NCBI GenBank assembly: GCA_963836755.1
Contig: CAWIKF010000001.1
Location: 448,001 to 512,000 of the forward strand
Direction of reading: 5' to 3'
DNA from: an uncultured Verrucomicrobiae bacterium
GTDB lineage: Bacteria > Verrucomicrobiota > Verrucomicrobiia > Chthoniobacterales > Chthoniobacteraceae
DNA: 64,000 bases
The stretch's first letter is position 1; each line of letters starts with the position of its first letter. The notes under the pieces are model-generated. The model saw only the letters and a program-made list of their open reading frames with translations. It had not been told where the DNA came from and ran no database searches. Positions 9,398 through 18,314 of this stretch are shown here, piece by piece. The position numbers were made by a program, and so were the translations under genes.

Positions 9398-10401
9398 GGA
9401 GTCACGTATTTGAGTTGCAGTTCGACCGAGCGGATCGCGATGGGATCAGCGGCGGAAGCCTCGATTTTAAGCGCGTTCGCGCCGCTCTGCAAGGCGGAGG
9501 CGGGGACGATTTTCTGGCATTTCAGCCAACCGGAATAATGGAAATTCAAATCACTTTGCATCGGACGCTGCTCCGATTGCCACGCGGGATCAGCGAGATC
9601 CGGCGCCGCCAACGCGGCCGCGCCGAGGTGGTGATTATTCACGGAAATTTCCGGCGGCTCGGAAGGATTTGCGTTGAGGATTTCAAAAGTCACGAGCGCG
9701 AGTTGCGGCTGCGTCGCGAGATCAAAATCAAAAACGCCCGCGCTGCCGCGTTCGGAATTTAGCGCGACGACGCCGCTTTCGAGCGTCGCTTTTACGCGAC
9801 CGAACAAAAGCGCGTCATCGTTGCCGGGCGTTGAGGATGCGCTGTTGTTAAATGGATCGTTCAGTGCGGCGGGCGCGGCGAAATCGAGCGCGGAATGCGT
9901 GGTGGCTTTTTGCAGCGAACTCAGAAACAGGGCGTGAACATTGACGCCATCGCCTGGCGCATCGATGTCGATGTAATCGACGCCGGACATCGGGACGATG
10001 AGCGTTTCCGAGGTCGGGAGATTGAGTCCTTGACCGAGCGTTTTCGGATCCATCAGCCGCGTGCCGATTTCATTCCACGCGGTCACAGTCGGCGAGGCGG
10101 TGTCGGCGAAAAATACGCGCAGGAGCAGCTCGTCATTGAGGCCGGCGAATTTCCGGAAACGCAGGCGGTAGGTGGTTTTGCCAGGAACGCCGGCGGTGGG
10201 ATTCGGCGCGACAATTGAAAAAGATTCGAGCCAGATCGGGAAGGAATGCTGATCGGCGGGCGATTTGGCGAGCGCTGAAAAATCGAGCCACGCGGTGAAT
10301 GGCGTCGGCTGCAGTTTCAATTCCTGCGCGTCGCAAAGTTGAGTGCGGGCGAGAGAAAAAATCGCGACGATTGCGGAGAAAAAAAGTGCGCGGGATTTGA
10401 T
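9394..10401 (-). CDS. Hypothetical secreted beta-rich protein between gspF and gspG
   Basis: 308-aa ORF from TTG 10320. The frame stays open upstream and encodes a signal peptide from ATC 10401 behind an AAGGAG SD. Stop overlaps the gspG start. Confidence 0.8.
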   Translation of the reverse strand: MKSRALFFSAIVAIFSLARTQLCDAQELKLQPTPFTAWLDFSALAKSPADQHSFPIWLESFSIVAPNPTAGVPGKTTYRLRFRKFAGLNDELLLRVFFADTASPTVTAWNEIGTRLMDPKTLGQGLNLPTSETLIVPMSGVDYIDIDAPGDGVNVHALFLSSLQKATTHSALDFAAPAALNDPFNNSASSTPGNDDALLFGRVKATLESGVVALNSERGSAGVFDFDLATQPQLALVTFEILNANPSEPPEISVNNHHLGAAALAAPDLADPAWQSEQRPMQSDLNFHYSGWLKCQKIVPASALQSGANALKIEASAADPIAIRSVELQLKYVTP

Positions 10402-10433
10402 CGGAATCTCCTTTTGCTCCGCGGACTTTTACG

Positions 10434-11675
10434 TCAGTGCATGCGCGTGCGCAAGCCCGACGTGAGATTGAAGACCGCGCTCAAGATGCCGAAAACGACG
10501 AGGCCGACGACGGCGGCGATGGCGATCATGATGACCGGCGGAATCAACGCTGACGTGATTTTGACCTGCTTGTCGAGTTCGCGCTCATAGACGTCGGCAA
10601 TCATCTGCATCGTCTCGCCGAAGCGTCCCGTTTGCTCACCGACAGCCATCATGTCGAGGAATAACTCGGGAAAAAGTTTCGTGCGGCGCAGCGCCATTGA
10701 CAGAGCCGCGCCGTCGATCACCGAATGGCGCACCTCGACCATGATCTGTCGCACCCATTCGTTGCCGGCGATTTCCTCGAGCAACGCCAGCGCGTTGAGA
10801 AGAGTGACGCCATTTTCGACGAGCGTGCCGAGAGTGCGGGCGAATTGCGCGTAAAGCCGGTAGCGCATGATGTGGCCGTAGCCCGGCAGATGCCAGCGGA
10901 AGTAATCCCACGCCTTACGCCCGGCTGCGTCGCGCGTCAAAAATTTCCAGATCCCATAAATGGCGGCGGTGACTGCGACCGCGAGCCACCAGTAGCCAAC
11001 GATGAGGCGATTCGCCTGCAGCAGGATGCGGGTGGGCAGCGGCAAAGCCTGGCCGGTTTGCGCAAAAAATCCGGAAAGCTGCGGCACCATCACCGTCATG
11101 AAAATGATGATCAAACCGATGCCGGCGACGACGAGCACCGCGGGATAAACGAGCGCTTGCTGGACGCGATCGCGGAGTGCTTTCACATCGGCCAGATGCA
11201 CGACGAGCCGCCGCATGATTTCCGGAAGTGCGCCGCTCGCTTCGCCCGCCGAAACCATGTTGACGTAAAGCGGCGAAAAAGTTTTCGGATAGTCGCGCAT
11301 CGCTTGCGAAAGGCTGCGGCCCTCGACCAATGCCTGGTGGAGCCCGTGCGACAAAGTTTGCAAAGCCGGTTGCTTGAGGCGCGTGTTTAAGATTCCAAGC
11401 GCTTCATCCAACGTCATGCCGGCCCCGAGCAAATAGCCAAGCTGCTCGGTAAAAATAAACTTTTGCGTCAGTGGGAGCGATAGGTTTGAAATTCCTTGCG
11501 AAGCTGGCTTCGATTTTTCCGATTCCTGCCGAGGCTTTTCCAGCGACTCTACTTTGATCGGAAAGTGATGCCGTTCTTCGATTTGCAGGATCGCACTCGC
11601 GCGGTCGCCGGAGTCGAGGACGCCTTCCACGAGTTTTCCATCGGACGAACGCGCGGTGTAACGAAACCGTGGCAT
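10434..11675 (-). CDS. gspF: Type II secretion inner-membrane protein GspF/PilC
   Basis: MPRFRYTA...GKLVEG, FTEQLGYLLGAG, NMVSAGEASGALPE, ALVYP, MMAVGEQTG. Confidence 0.96.
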   Translation of the reverse strand: MPRFRYTARSSDGKLVEGVLDSGDRASAILQIEERHHFPIKVESLEKPRQESEKSKPASQGISNLSLPLTQKFIFTEQLGYLLGAGMTLDEALGILNTRLKQPALQTLSHGLHQALVEGRSLSQAMRDYPKTFSPLYVNMVSAGEASGALPEIMRRLVVHLADVKALRDRVQQALVYPAVLVVAGIGLIIIFMTVMVPQLSGFFAQTGQALPLPTRILLQANRLIVGYWWLAVAVTAAIYGIWKFLTRDAAGRKAWDYFRWHLPGYGHIMRYRLYAQFARTLGTLVENGVTLLNALALLEEIAGNEWVRQIMVEVRHSVIDGAALSMALRRTKLFPELFLDMMAVGEQTGRFGETMQMIADVYERELDKQVKITSALIPPVIMIAIAAVVGLVVFGILSAVFNLTSGLRTRMH

Positions 11676-11799
11676 AAAGTCGATGAAACCGAATTCGCTG
11701 AAGCTGTCAATGAAAGTGCTTGCCGCGCCAGCCAGGAACCGCTAACACCGCGCATGTCAGATTCCGTCCTACTCGAAGTCGATGGGGCGCGCCTACAAC

Positions 11800-11876
11800 G
11801 AATATAGATTCTAATCCATTGATAGATTGTTTAAATAAGTATTAAATCTCCTCCGAGCTAAAGCAGCTTTTATAAT
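11800..11876. promoter_or_regulatory. AT-rich divergent promoter region between gspF and the glycan-export operon
   Basis: Strongly AT-rich patch; TTGATA-N17-TTAAAT at 11819-11847 on plus; ATAGATT repeated at 11804 and 11822. Confidence 0.45.
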
Positions 11877-12347
11877 ATGTCGAAATCGTTTTTCTTTTAC
11901 TTTGGTCTTCTTGCCGTTGCATTCCTAGGCGGCCTGACATTTGCGTTTTCAAAACAAGGCGATCCAAACCACGCACAGGCGATGTTGCTGACGCCGGTTC
12001 CGGCGCAGTCTTCGCTTTACGTTCAAAACGAGGAAATTCCTCCTGCTGCATCGAATCAACCGGCAACGACTGCTGCTGGCGACGGCGGTGAAGCCGCGTC
12101 TTCCGACGGCAAGGAAGTAATGGCGCCCGACGGCAAGGAAGTCCTCGCACCGGATGGCAAAGAGATATTGGGCAAAGAAGTTTTGCCACCCGTTGCCGAA
12201 TTGATTACACCGCAAACGAGCCAAGTTTTCTTCCGGCTTGATGACCCGGCCAATGAATTGCTCAATAATCCCAACCATAGCAATACACACGGCCCAGTCG
12301 TTTCGCCTGATACAAGCACGATTCCGCCCGTCGAAGTGTCGGAATAA
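11877..12347 (+). CDS. Small exported low-complexity protein with DGKE repeats
   Basis: Hydrophobic N-terminal signal; DGKEVMAP-DGKEVLAP-DGKEIL-GKEVLPP; acidic and Pro-rich. Confidence 0.8.
   Translation: MSKSFFFYFGLLAVAFLGGLTFAFSKQGDPNHAQAMLLTPVPAQSSLYVQNEEIPPAASNQPATTAAGDGGEAASSDGKEVMAPDGKEVLAPDGKEILGKEVLPPVAELITPQTSQVFFRLDDPANELLNNPNHSNTHGPVVSPDTSTIPPVEVSE
12105..12190 (+). repeat. Degenerate 24-bp coding tandem repeat (about 3.5 copies)
   Basis: gacggcaaggaagtaatggcgccc / gacggcaaggaagtcctcgcaccg / gatggcaaagagatattg / ggcaaagaagttttgccacc. Confidence 0.85.
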
Positions 12348-12390
12348 TCCCGTCAACGAAAAGAGTGACAGGCCGTTTGGAAAAACGAAA

Positions 12391-13902
12391 ATGATCGATG
12401 TGCGAAAGTATCTAGGACTTAGCTTTGCGATTTCGCTATCGGCATTCTTTAGCACGGCTACCTTTGCAGTTGATACTCCTTCGTTAAACGTTGCGGCAAA
12501 TTCCGCTCCTGCTGATGGCACCTCGACCGGCGAAGATTCTCCGGACCCACAAGCCAACTCCTCAGGAGATTCAGACGCTGCGACAACGCCTACGAAAAAA
12601 GGTCAGTATTCAAATCCGGACACCTTCACTGATCAGGAAGATCGCGCTCCCGTAAAACCCGCCAATCCCGAGTATCCGACTCCGCCTTTGCCAGCGACGG
12701 ATACGACCGAGACATCCGAGGTTTCGCCTCCCATTGAGCTGCCGCTGCAATCGACTTTTTCGCAATGGGATTTTGCCGGCTTGGAATCCCCGTTGTATGG
12801 CGCCGAAGATATCACCGAGTTCAGCGAGAGACCGCTTTCCCTGACGGAGAAATGGGACATAAAGCCGCATGTAAGTGTAGCTGCGCTCTTCGACGACAAC
12901 ATCTACCTTTCGAGTCACAACGCCAAGAGTGACTTTTTGACGAGGATCGCGCCTGGTGTTGGTGTGAGAATAGGCAATTCCTCAAGCATGTTCTATCTCA
13001 CGGGAGACTACACTGCTGGAGCTGAACTTTTCCTCGAACACGGCGGTGCGGATACTTTCGATCAAAATGCAAAGCTGAGTCTGCAATGCAGTTTGCCGAA
13101 GCTGACGCTCGGGCTCTTCGGCGGATTAGTGGCTGACACCGGCACGAGCATCGACGTAAGCAACCGCGTCCATCGCGAGCTCTATCAAGTCGGGGTCACA
13201 TCGCACTACACCTTTAGCGAAAAGACTTCGATCGATGTCAATGGGATCTATAACTTTGACACTTATCATGGCTTAATTGACTCGAGTCAAATTGCGGGGC
13301 AAGTCTATGCCAACTATGAATACTCGCCAAAGTCGACGGTCAGCTTGGGAGTCACTACGGGCTACGTCGATGTTCAGGATGGAGATAATCAGGTTTTCGA
13401 GCAAGGGTCATTGCGTTTGACTTATCGCATCACCGGAAAGTTAACTTTGATTTCAGACACCGGTGTGGAGTTTCGGCAGTTCAGTGACGGTGCCAACGAT
13501 TACGTCACGCCCGTGTTCAGCTTGGGCGCGACATGGAATGTGACGGCGCGCTCTCAGATCAGTCTCACCGCACGCAGGCAGGTGTTTCCATCTGCGATTT
13601 TGGCCCAGCAGGATTATGCAGCAACGAGTGTCGATATGACATTTCGACAGAATATTACGGAGCGTGTGGCCGTCTCTATTTCTGGCGGTTACGAAAACTC
13701 GTCTTATACAGCGACGGCCAGCGGAGTCACTGCGACAAGGGAGGACAATTTCTTCTATGCGCGCCCGAGCGTGCAATGGCATGTGCGTCAATGGCTTTCC
13801 CTGGGAGCATTCTATGAACGGAGTCAAAACTTTTCCACAGGTGAAGGCGCCCGCAGCTTTGGGCGCGATCGTGTTGGCCTGCAAGCTGCTCTAGCATTTT
13901 GA
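12391..13902 (+). CDS. Polysaccharide-export outer-membrane beta-barrel (BBP2/VpsM/EpsX-like)
   Basis: Signal peptide, disordered acidic N region, FDDNIY motif, alternating beta-strand pattern, C-terminal Phe (GLQAALAF); directly upstream of OPX and Wzc. Confidence 0.85.
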   Translation: MIDVRKYLGLSFAISLSAFFSTATFAVDTPSLNVAANSAPADGTSTGEDSPDPQANSSGDSDAATTPTKKGQYSNPDTFTDQEDRAPVKPANPEYPTPPLPATDTTETSEVSPPIELPLQSTFSQWDFAGLESPLYGAEDITEFSERPLSLTEKWDIKPHVSVAALFDDNIYLSSHNAKSDFLTRIAPGVGVRIGNSSSMFYLTGDYTAGAELFLEHGGADTFDQNAKLSLQCSLPKLTLGLFGGLVADTGTSIDVSNRVHRELYQVGVTSHYTFSEKTSIDVNGIYNFDTYHGLIDSSQIAGQVYANYEYSPKSTVSLGVTTGYVDVQDGDNQVFEQGSLRLTYRITGKLTLISDTGVEFRQFSDGANDYVTPVFSLGATWNVTARSQISLTARRQVFPSAILAQQDYAATSVDMTFRQNITERVAVSISGGYENSSYTATASGVTATREDNFFYARPSVQWHVRQWLSLGAFYERSQNFSTGEGARSFGRDRVGLQAALAF

Positions 13903-13905
13903 AGA

Positions 13906-14535
13906 ATGCTTGCTCCTTTCTTATGCCGGTGGATGAGTGTGCTGGCGGCGACTGGAGTTCTGATTTCTCCAGCATTCGCTGAACCGGAGGCTCTTCGCGC
14001 TACACCGGTCGAAAAACCTGCCCGCGTGCCAGCGGATCCGGATACTTACCTATTGACGCCGAGAGATGTCGTCCACATCAAGGTATTTCAGGAGGAAGAG
14101 CTGGAAACGACGGCGAGGATCGGCAAGGATGGAACCATTCCGTTCCCGCTTCTGGGCTCGGCGAAGATTGGGGGCGAGACGTTGCATCAGGCAACCAGCA
14201 CCATGGAGCAGCTATTGCACAAGTATCTCATCCAACCTCAGGTGGACCTCTCCATCGTCGAGTATTCGAAGCGTCATTTCACCATCCTCGGACAGGTAAA
14301 CAAGCCGGGAACGATCGACATGCCAGATGATACGACGGTGAATTTATTGGAGGCGATCGGCATGGCCGGAGGTTATACACGCATCGCAAACCCGTCGAAG
14401 GTCACCGTGAAACGACTGGTGCAAGGAAAGGAAACTATTTTTAAGTTGGACGGCAAAAATATGCTGAAAGAGACCGGGCCGAGATTTGAGGTGGAACCAG
14501 GAGATACCATCTACGTGGGAGAGGCACTTTTTTAA
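13906..14535 (+). CDS. wza: Short polysaccharide export protein (OPX/Wza family)
   Basis: YLLTPRDVVHIKVF, DGTIPFPLLG (PES motif), ILGQVNKPG, LLEAIGMAGG, PGDTIYV. Confidence 0.92.
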   Translation: MLAPFLCRWMSVLAATGVLISPAFAEPEALRATPVEKPARVPADPDTYLLTPRDVVHIKVFQEEELETTARIGKDGTIPFPLLGSAKIGGETLHQATSTMEQLLHKYLIQPQVDLSIVEYSKRHFTILGQVNKPGTIDMPDDTTVNLLEAIGMAGGYTRIANPSKVTVKRLVQGKETIFKLDGKNMLKETGPRFEVEPGDTIYVGEALF

Positions 14536-14538
14536 AGG

Positions 14539-16713
14539 ATGTATCCTAACAAGCAACCCATAGGAATTCCGCCCGATACTTCGGAAAGTTCTCTTAACCT
14601 GGAGCAAATCACGCATGTGCTTCGGGAAAAGGCATGGCTGATCACGCTCTTCGGCGTTATCGGAATATTTGCGGGTCTCGCCTACATCCATCAAACTCCT
14701 GTGACCTATCAAGCGCAGGCGGTGCTGCAGGTGGATCCGGAACAGGTGCGGGTTACAAATTTTGAGGATGTGCAGCAGACTACTCGGGACCCAATCAGTG
14801 ATGAAATGGGACAGACTTTGCTCGCAGTTTTCAAGAGTCGCTCTTTTGCGCAAAAGGTGATCGAAAGGTATAACCTTCTCAAGAATCCTGAGTTCCTCAA
14901 TGCGGCCAAGCCGCACTCCATGGAAGAAGCCATAAACGCCCTCGTCGGCATGTCGAATGTTGCGATTAGGCATGGAACGCGTTTTATCGACGTCGCAATC
15001 CAGTGTGGAAATCCGGGCTTGGCGAAACAACTCGCGGATGCGTTGGCCGATACATTCATTCAGCAACTCGTAGATCAGCGCGCAAACACTTCTAAACTAG
15101 CCATTGATTACCTCCTCGAGGAAGCAGCGAAGACCAAGGAGAAGTTGCAACACAGCGAGACCGCGCTGCAGGACTATGTCGAGAAAAACGACTCAATTTC
15201 ACTGCAGGAGAATCAAGACACTGTTGTTGCAGAACTAAAAAATCTCAGCACGCAGCTCGGCGTGGCGCGAGCGGCGAGAACGAGATTGGAGACGGATGAT
15301 GAAGCTATCAAAAAGCATCTAAACGATCCTACCGCGTTGCTCGCGATTCCAAGCGTGGCGAATCACCCGACCATTGCCGCGAGCAGACAGGAGATTGGGG
15401 AGCTGGACGCAAAAATTTCGACTCTGAGCCTTCGCTATACGAATGAACATCCGAAGATGATCCAGGCGAAGGCGCAACTAGCGGAGGCGAAGCAGGCGTT
15501 GAGTGAAAATGTGCTTAAAATTCCGCCAATCATTCATGCCTCCTATGAACAAGCAGTGGCGACTGAAGAAAAGTTCGCTCGAGCGCTGACCGATCAAGAA
15601 AAGGTGGCGATGGCTTTGAACAAGCAGAGCATTGGATACAACGTCCTTTCCCGCGATGTCGAAACTGACAAGGCTCTTTACGAAGCAGTGCTTACTCGGT
15701 TGAAACAAGCAAAAATCGCAACCGGGGTCGAGCTGACCAATGTCCACATTTTTGAACGGGCGGTCTGGCCGGGCGCGCCGCTGCAGGCGAGAAAGTCGCG
15801 CGTTCTTTCCATCAGTCTCATCGGCGGTCTTTTACTCGGCGTTGGGCTGAGTTTGGGACTCAACGCGCTCGATAGCTCTGTCAAAAGCGTCGATCAAGCG
15901 GAGCAAATCTACGAACTGACAGTGCTTGCGGCAGTTCCGCGGGAGTCACACGGCTCCTCAAAATATCCTGTCCTATCCATAGTCATGGCGCCTAGTTCCG
16001 TCATCGCCGAAGCCTTTCGCTCATTGCGCACTGCGCTTTATCTGGCCGGTAGGAACAAAGGTCGCAAGATCGTGTTATTTACAAGCGCACTTGCAGGTGA
16101 GGGAAAAACATTTTGCTCACTCAACTACGCGGCGGCCTTGGCGCAGCAGGGATTGCGAACCTTGTTGATCGATGCGGACTTGAGAGCCCCGATGGTGGGA
16201 TCGATTCTAATGCCCGGCGTGGAAAGCACGGGCTTGGCTGAGCTTCTAGAAAATAAGTCAGCCGAGATGCATGCGACGGATATCGAAAATCTGATGGTAT
16301 TGCCGGCCGGGAAGCCAGTGCCCAATCCCGCTGAAGTCTTGGCGGGGCCAGGCTTTGGGAGAGTGATCGCGGAACTCGAACGAAATTTTGATCGCATCGT
16401 CATCGATACCGCGCCTGTCACGGCGGTAAGTGACACCTTGCTGCTGGTCGAGCACGCGCAAGCAGTCTGTCTCGTCGCGCGTGCTGGCAGAACGCCTCGG
16501 AAGTGGACTTTGCGTGCAATCAGGCTGCTCACCGATGCTGGTGCGAAACCCACAGGCTTGATTTTGAATCAAGTCCCGATGCACATGTCGCACGCGTATA
16601 GCTACTACCCCGGAAGCTATGGGGATCCCGGTGTTTATGGTTCAAATGTTCCTGGAAGGTCGGGTGAGAAAAAGGAAGGAACTGCCGCAGTCGAGATCAC
16701 GCCTCGGAGTTAG
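14539..16713 (+). CDS. wzc: Polysaccharide co-polymerase / BY tyrosine kinase (Wzc/GumC)
   Basis: Two TMs, coiled-coil periplasm (YTNEHPKM), EAFRSLRT, GEGKT, IDADLR, IDTAP, C-terminal Tyr cluster AYSYYPGSY...VY. Confidence 0.95.
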   Translation: MYPNKQPIGIPPDTSESSLNLEQITHVLREKAWLITLFGVIGIFAGLAYIHQTPVTYQAQAVLQVDPEQVRVTNFEDVQQTTRDPISDEMGQTLLAVFKSRSFAQKVIERYNLLKNPEFLNAAKPHSMEEAINALVGMSNVAIRHGTRFIDVAIQCGNPGLAKQLADALADTFIQQLVDQRANTSKLAIDYLLEEAAKTKEKLQHSETALQDYVEKNDSISLQENQDTVVAELKNLSTQLGVARAARTRLETDDEAIKKHLNDPTALLAIPSVANHPTIAASRQEIGELDAKISTLSLRYTNEHPKMIQAKAQLAEAKQALSENVLKIPPIIHASYEQAVATEEKFARALTDQEKVAMALNKQSIGYNVLSRDVETDKALYEAVLTRLKQAKIATGVELTNVHIFERAVWPGAPLQARKSRVLSISLIGGLLLGVGLSLGLNALDSSVKSVDQAEQIYELTVLAAVPRESHGSSKYPVLSIVMAPSSVIAEAFRSLRTALYLAGRNKGRKIVLFTSALAGEGKTFCSLNYAAALAQQGLRTLLIDADLRAPMVGSILMPGVESTGLAELLENKSAEMHATDIENLMVLPAGKPVPNPAEVLAGPGFGRVIAELERNFDRIVIDTAPVTAVSDTLLLVEHAQAVCLVARAGRTPRKWTLRAIRLLTDAGAKPTGLILNQVPMHMSHAYSYYPGSYGDPGVYGSNVPGRSGEKKEGTAAVEITPRS

Positions 16714-18088
16714 CGGGAAGGTTGTCGATCGACCATAATCGGCAGCTCCATGCGAAGCCCATGTAGGTCACGACGTAAAGTTGTAGCGAGGCGATTTGCA
16801 ACGGAAAGTCTACGAGCGCATGCAGCGCCACACCTGCGAGCGCCAAGCCGCTGGTGAACAGCAAAACGGGGTCGGACGTGCTTGAGCGTCGCGCTTTTCG
16901 CCAGTTGGAAAAGAGTTTAAAGATTGCGCCGAAAAAGAGGATCGCCCACGGCATGGCGCCTAGCCATCCCCACTCGATGATCGTCTGCAAGTAATCGTCG
17001 TGTGCATATTTCCAAATTCCGGCGATGGCATCGCCGAAAGCATTTGTGTAGTGCGGGAAAGCAAGCATGAAAGTCCCGGGGCCGAAGCCGTGCCAGCTTG
17101 CGGTCGGGATCATCTTCAGGCAAACCTGCGTGGAGATGAGCCTCTTGTTGTCTGAATTCAATTGGCTTTCGAGCAGCGCCCATTTTTTCGCGGGCCGCTC
17201 CCAACCGGCGAACGCTACTAAGCATACCAAGGCGACGATCATGATCGCGCCATAAGCAGCTCTCAGCTTGCGCGGCGGCAGAAGCGTGCCGCGGCTGGAA
17301 CGATCGAATTGCCAGGCCAGCAGCGAGGCGCATAACAGCGCTGTGATTACCATCCCTGTGCGCGACACATTCACGAACGCCCCCGCGGCGCAAATAAAAA
17401 AGCCGGGCGCCCAGATTGGCCGAAGGCGAGCGGCGGCATTTCTTAAAGTCAAGGCTGCCAAACCAGCAACGAGCGGCAGCACCAGATTGATGTAGGCGCC
17501 TGCGTTTCCGTGGTAGTAGTAAGTGGCGAAAAACGGGACGTTTGCATCCTCCGTCACCGAAAAAATCAGCGGTCTGGACGAAGCGCTTTGCACCAGTCCG
17601 AAAAGCACCAGCGCAATCCCGGTGCTGGCAATCGTCCACCAAATCCGCCGCCGCCATACCCGGCGTGCAGCGAGATCGCAGACAAAACAGAGGATTCCAA
17701 GCAGCGCGCTGACTCGCAGCATCTGCTCGGTAGAAGTGCCCGCGTCCACCGACCCCGGCAACGACGGAAAGCGGGCGGCGATCGGTTCAAAGCGGAAATG
17801 CCCAATGTTTCGAAAATGAGGATTGAGGGTCATTCCCCAACCTTGAAGTAAGATCACCGCTCCACACCAGAGAACCAGTGGATGGATGCTCGGCTTCATT
17901 CTGCGGGCGGCGCATCCGATTGCCCAAAGGAAAAGGATCGCGAACAAAAGGATTTCGAGCCAATGAATGATCGATGGCGGCGTGCTGCCGTAAGCCCATG
18001 GCGCAAAAATCAACGCGGCCAAAAACATCCACCGCGGAATTTCAATAAATATACGAAGCATCACAACCCGAAGGGAGTCGATAAGCAC
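16697..18088 (-). CDS. O-antigen ligase / Wzy_C family membrane protein
   Basis: Many TMs, SRTG, GFGPGTF, AHDDYLQTIIEWG, HALVDFPLQ; start 18088 (GTG) or 18061. Confidence 0.9.
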   Translation of the reverse strand: MLIDSLRVVMLRIFIEIPRWMFLAALIFAPWAYGSTPPSIIHWLEILLFAILFLWAIGCAARRMKPSIHPLVLWCGAVILLQGWGMTLNPHFRNIGHFRFEPIAARFPSLPGSVDAGTSTEQMLRVSALLGILCFVCDLAARRVWRRRIWWTIASTGIALVLFGLVQSASSRPLIFSVTEDANVPFFATYYYHGNAGAYINLVLPLVAGLAALTLRNAAARLRPIWAPGFFICAAGAFVNVSRTGMVITALLCASLLAWQFDRSSRGTLLPPRKLRAAYGAIMIVALVCLVAFAGWERPAKKWALLESQLNSDNKRLISTQVCLKMIPTASWHGFGPGTFMLAFPHYTNAFGDAIAGIWKYAHDDYLQTIIEWGWLGAMPWAILFFGAIFKLFSNWRKARRSSTSDPVLLFTSGLALAGVALHALVDFPLQIASLQLYVVTYMGFAWSCRLWSIDNLPANSEA

Positions 18089-18155
18089 TGTTCAAAGTGC
18101 CGTCAATGCCTTATTTACAAGCTTTGAACCTGTAGGAGGAAGGACGACAAAGACA

Positions 18156-18314
18156 ATGCCAGAAGTCCCATGCTGCTATCAGCAGCACTCTAATTGCCAC
18201 GGCTGCGACCAACCGCTACTTTGGGGCGCTATCAGAGGGACCTTTACCGATCTGGAACGCTGCGAATGGCATTGCGAGACACGAGCAATGACCAAGTGCG
18301 GCAGCATGGAGTGA
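18156..18314 (+). CDS. Putative 52-aa Cys-rich leader peptide (uORF)
   Basis: MPEVPCCYQQHSNCHGCDQPLLWGAIRGTFTDLERCEWHCETRAMTKCGSME; purine-rich AGGAGGAAGGA upstream; below the ORF-track cutoff. Confidence 0.3.
   Translation: MPEVPCCYQQHSNCHGCDQPLLWGAIRGTFTDLERCEWHCETRAMTKCGSME

Noticed and set aside
11871..11876. Perfect TATAAT as -10 of a leaderless transcript
   Set aside because: It abuts the ATG directly, leaving no room for a transcription start.
12238..12390. Possible frameshift fusing the DGKE protein to the barrel
   Set aside because: The barrel has its own ATG and signal peptide at 12391.
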